A DNA stretch of 64,000 bases, from assembly GCA_938030745.1 (NCBI GenBank), contig CALHIP010000026.1, positions 16,404 to 80,403 on the forward strand. The letters are read 5' to 3'. Below the pieces are notes generated by a model. That model had not been told where the DNA came from and searched no databases. It was given only the letters and a program-made list of their open reading frames with translations. Numbering within the stretch: the first letter of the stretch is position 1; every line of letters begins with the position of its first letter. Source of the stretch: an uncultured Patescibacteria group bacterium (GTDB lineage: Bacteria > Patescibacteriota > Patescibacteriia > UBA2591 > CALHIP01). This document shows positions 57,994 through 64,000 of the stretch, in pieces. The translations under genes and the position numbers were made by a program.

Positions 57994-58923
57994 TTAAATT
58001 ACAACTTCAATCTCCGGCTCTAGTTCGATTTTAAATTTTTCTTTAACTTTTTTCTTTATTAGATCGATCAGAGCTAAAACGTCTTTTGCTTTTGCTTTTT
58101 TGAAATTAATAATAAAATTAGCATGTTTTTCAGAAATCTTTGCTCCTCCAATTTTTTTTCCTTTTAGATTTACTGCTTCGATCAAAACAGCTGCCGGTAA
58201 AAATCCATTTTTTATTCTTTCTTTGAATTTTTCCTGAACTTTCCTTGGAATTTTTTTTAAAGGTACATTTTTAAAAATAGAACCTGCATTAGGAAATTCT
58301 AAAGGTTGTTTCTCTTTTCTTTCTTTTAAAATTTTTTTTGCCTCTTCTTCTAACTTCTTTTTATCCCCCTTTTTTAACTTCAAAGTAGCTTCCAAAATAA
58401 TCCAATTCTTCTTTCTTTTAAAGATACTATCTCTGTATTTAAATTTACATTTTTTTTTATTTATATTTACAATCTCTAATTTTTTATCCTTAATTTTTAA
58501 TACCTTGACTTTTTCTAAAACATCTTTTATTTCTTTTCCAAAAGCACCAGCATTTCCTCTTATTGCTCCACCTAAAGTTCCTGGAATGCCAATTGCCCAT
58601 TCTAATCCTTTTAATCCTTTTTTAATTGATTCTATAGCTAATTTATTCAATAAACAGCCACTCTCGGCAAAAATTTTTTTATTTTTTATTTTAAATTTAG
58701 AATTTTGAATTTTAATTACCAATCCTTTGAATCCTTCGTCAGAAAACAAAACATTACTTCCATTACCTAAAATAAAGAAAGGAATTTTTTTCTCTTTTGC
58801 TAAAGATATTGCTTCAAAAAGTTCTCTTTTCTTTCTTACCAATAAAAAATAATCTGCCCGTCCACCAATCTTAAAAGTAGAATAATTTTTTAACAAGATA
58901 TTCCTTTTAAGAGTCGATTTCAT
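57994..58923 (-). CDS. murB: UDP-N-acetylenolpyruvoylglucosamine reductase
   Basis: LKNYSTFKIGGRADYF…ILGNGSNVLF…GIPGTLGGAIRGNAGAFG. Confidence 0.9.
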   Translation of the reverse strand: MKSTLKRNILLKNYSTFKIGGRADYFLLVRKKRELFEAISLAKEKKIPFFILGNGSNVLFSDEGFKGLVIKIQNSKFKIKNKKIFAESGCLLNKLAIESIKKGLKGLEWAIGIPGTLGGAIRGNAGAFGKEIKDVLEKVKVLKIKDKKLEIVNINKKKCKFKYRDSIFKRKKNWIILEATLKLKKGDKKKLEEEAKKILKERKEKQPLEFPNAGSIFKNVPLKKIPRKVQEKFKERIKNGFLPAAVLIEAVNLKGKKIGGAKISEKHANFIINFKKAKAKDVLALIDLIKKKVKEKFKIELEPEIEVVI

Positions 58924-58984
58924 AAAACTATTTTAACATAATTTTCAATTCTTGATAAATTTTATAAAATAGAAATAGAAAACA

Positions 58985-59776
58985 ATGCTTAAAGAAGAAG
59001 ACTTAGTTTGTCTTTTAGATAGTAAAAAGAAAAAATATTTAATTTCTCTTAAGAAAGGGAAAGTTTTTGAATTTCATAAAGGAAAAGTTTTTCATGATGA
59101 GATTTTAAAAAGAAATTGGGGAGAAAAAATAATTTCTTCAAAAGGAGAGGAGCTTTTAATTTTAAAACCTACTTTGGCTGAATTTGTTTTGAAAAAATTA
59201 AAGAGAATTTCTCAAATCATTTATCCGAAAGATATAGGTCAAATTTTAGTTTTAGGAGATATTTTCCCGGGAGCAAAAGTTTTAGAATGCGGAACCGGCT
59301 CTGGTGCCCTTACTTGTTATTTAATTAGAGCAGTTGGAGAAAAAGGAAAAATAATTTCAATTGACGAAAGAGAAGAAATGATAGAAACAGCTAGAAAAAA
59401 CATTGAAAATTTTTATCAAAAAAAAATTGGAAAGATTAAAAACCTAAGTTTAATAAAGAAAAATTTAAAAAAAATAGATGAAAAGAACTTCGACAGAATA
59501 ATTTTAGATTTACCCAACCCTTGGGATTATCTTTTTATCTTAAAAAAAATTTTAAAACCAGGAGGAATCTTGGTCTGTTGGTTGCCGACTGTCTTGCAAG
59601 TTTTCAATTTAATCGAGGAAATAGAAAAAAAATTTAGAGAAGATTTTGAATTGGATGGAATTTTTGAAACCTTACAAAGAGAATGGCAAAAAAGAGAAAA
59701 AAGTTTAAAACCAAAAGATCGAATGGTTGCTCATACTGGTTTTTTAATTTTATTTCGTAAAAAATTTTGTGTTTAA
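58985..59776 (+). CDS. trmI: tRNA (adenine-N1)-methyltransferase TrmI/Gcd14 family
   Basis: GAKVLECGTGSGALTCYLIRAVGEKGKIISIDEREE…ILDLPNPWD. Confidence 0.8.
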   Translation: MLKEEDLVCLLDSKKKKYLISLKKGKVFEFHKGKVFHDEILKRNWGEKIISSKGEELLILKPTLAEFVLKKLKRISQIIYPKDIGQILVLGDIFPGAKVLECGTGSGALTCYLIRAVGEKGKIISIDEREEMIETARKNIENFYQKKIGKIKNLSLIKKNLKKIDEKNFDRIILDLPNPWDYLFILKKILKPGGILVCWLPTVLQVFNLIEEIEKKFREDFELDGIFETLQREWQKREKSLKPKDRMVAHTGFLILFRKKFCV

Positions 59777-59779
59777 AAT

Positions 59780-60931
59780 ATGAAAAAAGGGATTTTAATT
59801 GCTTTTGGTGAATTGTTTTTAAAATCGCCTAATGTCCAAAAAATTTTAAAAAGAAAATTAATTTCTAATCTTTCTTCTTATTTTAAAAGAAAAAAACTTG
59901 ATTTTAAAATTTATCTTCAGAGAGAAAGAATCTTTGTTGAAACCTCAAAAATAAAAAAAGCATTAAAAATTGTTAAAAATATCTTTGGCATTTCTTTTTT
60001 TGCTGAAAGTTTATTTTTTGAAAAATTATCTTTAAAAGAAATTTCAGATTTTGTAGCTAAAAATTATAAAAATTGGATAAAAGAAAATGAGACATTTGCT
60101 ATTAGATTAAAAAAGGGAGGCGGAATAAAAGAATCAAGTCAAGAAATTATTGAAGAAATTGCTAGAGGAATAAAAAGAAAGGTTGATTTAAAAAGGCCAA
60201 AAAGAAAAATTTTTATTGAGGCAAGGAAGGAGGGTTGGTTTCTCTATTTTAAAAAGAAAAAAGCTCTTGGTGGATTACCAATAAGTTCTTCAGGAAAAGT
60301 TTTAACTTTAATTTCAGGAGGAATTGATTCTCCTGTTGCTTCTTTTTTAATGGCAAAAAGGGGAAGCGAAAATGTTTGGCTTCATTTTCATTCTTTTCCT
60401 TTAGTTTCAAATAAATCAATTGAGAAAATTAAAGAATTGGCAAAAATTTTTTTAAATTATCAACCCAATCTAAAAATTTATTTATTTCCTTTTTCAAAAA
60501 TTCAAATGGAAATTAAAACAAAAGTTTTACCAAAATACAGAATTTTACTTTATCGAAGAATAATGTTTAAAATTGCTCAAAAAATTGCTAAAAAAGAAAA
60601 TTGTTATGCTTTAGTAACTGGAGAAAGTCTAGGACAAGTAAGTTCTCAAACCCTGCCAAATATTGAAATTATTGAAAAAGTAGTTTCAATTCCAGTATTA
60701 AGACCTTTAATTGGTTTAGACAAAGAAGAAATAATAAAATTAGCAAAAAAAATTAAAACATTTGAAATCTCTATTAAACCACAGGAAGATTGTTGTACCC
60801 TTTTTACTCCAAAACATGCTTCCGCCAAAGGAAATCTAAGAAAAATAGAGGAAATAGAGAAAAAATTGAATTTAAAAAGATTAATTAATGATTCAATGAA
60901 AGAAATCGAGGTTTTACACTTTTTTAATTAA
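59780..60931 (+). CDS. thiI: tRNA 4-thiouridine synthase (THUMP + PP-loop)
   Basis: VLTLISGGIDSPVASFLMAKRG and the upstream THUMP region. Confidence 0.85.
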   Translation: MKKGILIAFGELFLKSPNVQKILKRKLISNLSSYFKRKKLDFKIYLQRERIFVETSKIKKALKIVKNIFGISFFAESLFFEKLSLKEISDFVAKNYKNWIKENETFAIRLKKGGGIKESSQEIIEEIARGIKRKVDLKRPKRKIFIEARKEGWFLYFKKKKALGGLPISSSGKVLTLISGGIDSPVASFLMAKRGSENVWLHFHSFPLVSNKSIEKIKELAKIFLNYQPNLKIYLFPFSKIQMEIKTKVLPKYRILLYRRIMFKIAQKIAKKENCYALVTGESLGQVSSQTLPNIEIIEKVVSIPVLRPLIGLDKEEIIKLAKKIKTFEISIKPQEDCCTLFTPKHASAKGNLRKIEEIEKKLNLKRLINDSMKEIEVLHFFN

Positions 60932-60971
60932 CCTTTTAAAAGTTTTCCACAGTCTAACTATTGATCTTTAT

Positions 60972-61013
60972 CTTATTGATATTAAAATCTAAATAAGAAT
61001 GATTATCAATAAG
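60972..61013 (+). promoter_or_regulatory. 10-bp perfect inverted repeat CTTATTGATA (22 nt) TATCAATAAG spanning the fur-like start codon; candidate Fur/PerR autoregulatory box
   Basis: Read directly. The right arm lies in codons 2-5 of the regulator gene. The AT-rich AATGATTATCAAT core resembles Fur/PerR boxes. Confidence 0.4.
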
Positions 61014-61376
61014 AAAGAGAGAATTACAAATCAAAAAAAGATTATTTTAGATTATTTAAAATCTACTAAGAATCATCCTTCAGCTGAAAAGGTTTATAAA
61101 GAAGTTAAGAAAAAATTGCCAAGAATAAGCCTAGGTACTGTCTATCGAATTTTAAAGAATTTAAAAGAAAAAGGAGAAATTTTAGAAATTTCAATTGAAG
61201 TCTCTCATTTTGATGGAGATATTTCTCCTCATGGTCATTTTATTTGTCAAAAGTGTAAAAAAATTTATGATGTTGAAGAAAAATATCCAGTTTTAAAACA
61301 AAAAAAATTAAAGGTCGGAGAAATTAAAAATTATCAAATTTATTTTTATGGCATCTGTAAAAAATGTAAAAAATAA
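60999..61376 (+). CDS. Fur-family metalloregulator (PerR-like given the peroxide-stress neighbourhood)
   Basis: Winged-helix N-terminus (RISLGTVYRILKNL), the HGHFIC and CQKC…CKKC zinc sites. Confidence 0.8.
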   Translation: MIINKKERITNQKKIILDYLKSTKNHPSAEKVYKEVKKKLPRISLGTVYRILKNLKEKGEILEISIEVSHFDGDISPHGHFICQKCKKIYDVEEKYPVLKQKKLKVGEIKNYQIYFYGICKKCKK

Positions 61377-61650
61377 AAAAAATTTTTGCTGGGATTGTAA
61401 AAAAGAAATTAAAATTAACAATGGAAAAATTGAAAATGGAAAAATGTTGATTTATGAAGAAGGAAATAAAAAAATTATTGTTTTTAAATGCCTAAATTGT
61501 TTTGCTAAAAGTCAAGAATTAAGAAATTATCAACCTTGTGAAGTTTATTCAAGAGTTGTTGGTTATTTAAGACCGGTTGGGCAATGGAATAAAGGAAAAC
61601 AACAAGAATTTAAAGAAAAAAAAGAATTTAAAATAAAGGTCGAAAATTAA
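61348..61650 (+). CDS. Small zinc-ribbon protein with NrdD C-terminal-like glycyl-radical motif (stand-alone)
   Basis: CWDC…CLNC followed by SRVVGYLRPVGQWNKGKQQEFKEKK. The anaerobic ribonucleotide reductase C-terminus has a Zn ribbon followed by the RV(C/V)GY glycine-radical loop, then RP…WN.GK..E. Confidence 0.5.
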   Translation: MASVKNVKNKKNFCWDCKKEIKINNGKIENGKMLIYEEGNKKIIVFKCLNCFAKSQELRNYQPCEVYSRVVGYLRPVGQWNKGKQQEFKEKKEFKIKVEN

Positions 61651-61671
61651 TAAAAAATTAAATTAAAACTT

Positions 61672-62235
61672 ATGAAGGATCCATTAACTGTTTCTGATCC
61701 AAAACCAGTTAAAAAAGGCTCAAAAACTTATGAAAATTTATGGAAAGCTTTTGCTGGAGAAGCTCAGGCAAGGAACAAATACACCTATTTTGCTAAAATT
61801 GCTAAAGAACAGGGATTGCATCATATTGCTGCTATTTTTGAAGAGACGGCTAATCATGAATTAGAACATGCAAAAATGATCTGGAAATTATTAGGCGAAT
61901 GGTCAGAGACTAAAGAGAATTTAAAAAAGGCAATTGAAGGAGAAAATTATGAACACACAAAAATGTATCCTGAATTTAAGAAAACAGCAAAAGAAGAGGG
62001 ATTTGACGATGCAGTAAAATTTTTTACAGAAGTAGCAGAGGTAGAAGAACAACATGAAAAAAGGTATAAAAGATTATTGGAGGAATTAGAAAAAGGGGAG
62101 GTTTTCAGAAAAAAGAAGAATGTAATGTGGGTCTGCCGAAATTGTGGTTATGTCCATTTTGGCAAAAAAGCACCAAAGGAATGTCCAAATTGCCGGCATC
62201 CTCAGAGTTATTTCGAGGTAAGGCTCCAGTACTAA
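61672..62235 (+). CDS. rbr: Rubrerythrin
   Basis: Ferritin-like di-iron ligands E…E..H in duplicate, plus a C-terminal rubredoxin CRNCGY…CPNC. Confidence 0.9.
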   Translation: MKDPLTVSDPKPVKKGSKTYENLWKAFAGEAQARNKYTYFAKIAKEQGLHHIAAIFEETANHELEHAKMIWKLLGEWSETKENLKKAIEGENYEHTKMYPEFKKTAKEEGFDDAVKFFTEVAEVEEQHEKRYKRLLEELEKGEVFRKKKNVMWVCRNCGYVHFGKKAPKECPNCRHPQSYFEVRLQY

Positions 62236-62236
62236 T

Positions 62237-62617
62237 ATGACTCAACAAAGACAAATCTATAAATGTAATATTTGTGGAAATATTGTTGAGGTCTTACATT
62301 CTGGAGTAGGCCAACTTATCTGTTGCGGTAAGCCGATGGAGCTTTTGGTTGGAAAGAATAAAGATATTGGCCAGGAAAAACATTTGCCAGTAATTGAAAA
62401 GACAGAAAAAGGAATAAAGATTAAAGTAGGTTCAATTCCTCATCCAATGGAAGAAAATCACTATATTGAATGGATTGAGGCAATAGTTGATGAAAAAACT
62501 TATCGTCATTTTTTAAAGCCAGGTGATCTACCAGAAGCTGAGTTTGAGATTAAAGGTGAGAAAATTTTCGCCAGAGAATACTGCAATCTTCACGGTTTGT
62601 GGGAAAATAAGGAATAA
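62237..62617 (+). CDS. dfx: Desulfoferrodoxin (2Fe superoxide reductase)
   Basis: Desulforedoxin-like CNICGN…CCGKPM, then an SOR domain with His/Cys ligands (…[13 protein letters not shown]…C.LHGLWE). Confidence 0.9.
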   Translation: MTQQRQIYKCNICGNIVEVLHSGVGQLICCGKPMELLVGKNKDIGQEKHLPVIEKTEKGIKIKVGSIPHPMEENHYIEWIEAIVDEKTYRHFLKPGDLPEAEFEIKGEKIFAREYCNLHGLWENKE

Positions 62618-62687
62618 TTTTTGATTCACTCAAAAGATATCCACAGCCTCCTCTTGACCAGGTCTGTGGTTTTGCTAAATTTAAATA

Positions 62688-62704
62688 ACCCCCCTATAGG
62701 GGGT
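62688..62704 (+). promoter_or_regulatory. GC-rich palindrome ACCCCCC-TATA-GGGGGT immediately upstream of the csoR-like gene; candidate CsoR operator
   Basis: Read directly. It is the only G/C homopolymer palindrome in an AT-rich intergenic region. CsoR/RcnR operators are C/G-tract pseudo-palindromes. Confidence 0.5.
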
Positions 62705-62716
62705 AATAAATACAAT

Positions 62717-62986
62717 ATGAAAGAAAACTACAAAAAAGAGATTTTAAATCGAATGAATTACATTTCTGGACATTTGGAAGGAGTTAAAAGGATGATAAAG
62801 AAAGATAAATATTGTATCGATATTATTTTACAAAATGAGGCTATAATTTCAGCTTTAAAAAAGGTTAATGAGATGATTTTGGCAAACCATTTAAATACTT
62901 GCGTGACAACAGCTATCAAAAGCAAAAGCGAAAAGGAAAGAAAAAAGAAAATTAAAGAACTTTTGGAATTATTTAAAAACAAATGA
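62717..62986 (+). CDS. csoR: CsoR/RcnR-family metal-sensing transcriptional repressor
   Basis: ILNRMNYISGHLEGVKRMIKKDKYCIDIILQNEAIISALKKV is the DUF156 signature, with Cys and His at sensor positions. Start trimmed to MKENYKK. Confidence 0.75.
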   Translation: MKENYKKEILNRMNYISGHLEGVKRMIKKDKYCIDIILQNEAIISALKKVNEMILANHLNTCVTTAIKSKSEKERKKKIKELLELFKNK

Positions 62987-63855
62987 AAAAAAATTGTTGT
63001 TTTAAAAACGAAAAAAGTAAAGAAAAAGGATTTTTCATTGGACTTTTTTCTGGTATTTTACCTCATACTTTTTGTATTCTTTTTATTATTCTTTCGATCA
63101 TTGGAGCAACAACAGCAACAACTTTATTAAAACCTTTTCTTTTTAATCGTTATTTTTTCTATATTTTAATAGCAATATCTTTTCTCTTTGCCACCTTTTC
63201 AGCTATCTTTTATCTTAAAAGAAATAAAATTCTCTCATTTTCTGGAATTAAAAGAAAATGGAAATATCTTTCAATTCTTTATGGAACAACAATTTTTGTT
63301 AATTTATTGTTTTTTATGGTGATCTTTCCTTACTTGGCAAACTTAGATCGGACCCGACCTACAAAACTTTTTGAAGATAGTACTTTGTCCTCTCTCACTC
63401 TAAAAGTTCAAATTCCCTGTCCAGGTCACGCTCCATTGATTATCCAGGAACTCAAAAAAATCAATGGGATAGAAGGTGTAGAATTCAAATTTCCAAATTT
63501 ATTTCAAATAAAATTTAATCCCAAAAGAATAGACAAATTAGAGATACTTTCTTTGAAAATTTTTCAAACTTTTAAGGTAGAGATGATCAAAGAGAACGAC
63601 TCTTTAGAAAGAGAGAAAATTTTATTCCAGCTTTATTCAGCAATTGAGAAAGCTAAGAAAGAAGGAAAATATAAATGCTGTATAGAGCCTCCTTGCACAA
63701 TGTGTTATTTAGGTAATTGGATATTTGAAGACGGAGTTTGTGATTGCGAGGAAATGATTAAAAAAGGTGACTTAAGTAAAGTTTGTCCTCAATGCCTTAA
63801 AGGTATAAAAGAAGGAAAATGTAAATCAGGATTGGGCGTTTGCCCGGCTTTATAA
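62983..63855 (+). CDS. Membrane protein with HMA-like domain and Cys-rich C-terminus (putative copper-handling protein)
   Basis: N-terminal CC, 3-4 TM helices, an HMA-like fold segment (LTLKVQIPCPGHAPLIIQELKKINGIEGVEF), and a C-terminal cluster of about 12 Cys (KCCIEPPCTMC…CDCEE…CPQC…CKSGLGVCP). Confidence 0.45.
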   Translation: MKKNCCFKNEKSKEKGFFIGLFSGILPHTFCILFIILSIIGATTATTLLKPFLFNRYFFYILIAISFLFATFSAIFYLKRNKILSFSGIKRKWKYLSILYGTTIFVNLLFFMVIFPYLANLDRTRPTKLFEDSTLSSLTLKVQIPCPGHAPLIIQELKKINGIEGVEFKFPNLFQIKFNPKRIDKLEILSLKIFQTFKVEMIKENDSLEREKILFQLYSAIEKAKKEGKYKCCIEPPCTMCYLGNWIFEDGVCDCEEMIKKGDLSKVCPQCLKGIKEGKCKSGLGVCPAL

Positions 63856-63862
63856 AATAAAT

Positions 63863-64000
63863 ATGACAAAAATAGAACTGAAAATTAAAGGAATGCACTG
63901 TGAAAGTTGTGCTAAAACTATTGAAAAGACCCTTTTGAAAGAAAAAGGAATTTTTTTTACTCAGGTAAGTTTTGCTTTAGAAAAAGCAATTGTTGAATAT
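63863..64000 (+). CDS. copA: Copper-translocating P-type ATPase, N-terminal HMA domain (3'-truncated by window end)
   Basis: MTKIELKIKGMHCESCAKTIEKTL… is the GMxCxxC heavy-metal-associated motif. Confidence 0.75.
   Translation, partial: MTKIELKIKGMHCESCAKTIEKTLLKEKGIFFTQVSFALEKAIVEY

Noticed and set aside
1-64000. CRISPR array, transposase/IS element, integrase, restriction-modification or diversity-generating retroelement
   Set aside because: I found no regularly spaced direct repeats, no reverse transcriptase, transposase or integrase-like ORFs, and no terminal inverted repeats flanking the accessory blocks. The only mobile element supported is the GyrA intein.

Overview
This 64-kb window is a low-GC (roughly 28-30% by eye), gene-dense, largely polycistronic chromosomal segment. 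The gene content looks like a small-genome anaerobic bacterium of the CPR/Patescibacteria type, but that placement is inference from gene content and style, not a database hit. Housekeeping genes (gyrA, yidC, a clpC-like ATPase, galU, ftsH, dnaN, clpP, rny, ymdB, recA, rpsO, pnp, rpmH, rnpA, lspA, comM, infB, pyrG, mpg, guaB, iscS/iscU, mnmA, murB, trmI, thiI, two tRNAs) are interleaved with accessory blocks. (1) Positions 2-8472 hold a surface-glycosylation island. It contains a PGI/PMI-like SIS gene, four GT-C fold polytopic membrane glycosyltransferases, two DPM1/GtrB-like GT2 genes and a small GtrA-like ORF. (2) On the minus strand, a tandem array of five paralogous pilin-like genes (signal peptide plus two-TM core resembling TrbC/VirB2 type IV secretion pilins) sits behind an orphan ABC-type solute-binding protein. 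These lie at the 3' end of a long co-directional gene train: gyrA, yidC, a small membrane protein, a zinc-ribbon membrane-anchored double-AAA+ Clp ATPase, galU, the binding protein and the pilins. (3) GyrA carries a 139-aa mini-intein (Cys1 ... His-Asn/Ser+1) inserted between GNFG and SIDGD. (4) An alpha-glucan module contains glgA, two tandem GH57 paralogs (one with a UvrB/C-like UVR motif), an APH-like kinase and a GalT-like HIT transferase. (5) The 3' end is an oxidative/metal stress region: a Fur/PerR-like gene with a palindrome spanning its start, a small stand-alone zinc-ribbon protein with an NrdD C-terminal glycyl-radical-like motif, rubrerythrin, desulfoferrodoxin, a CsoR-like repressor preceded by a C6-TATA-G5 palindrome, a Cys-rich membrane protein and the start of a CopA-like P-type ATPase. 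I found no CRISPR array, transposase or reverse transcriptase. Several transcription units have consensus -35/-10 promoters and clear rho-independent terminators. Some genes (S1 protein, rpsO) appear near-leaderless.
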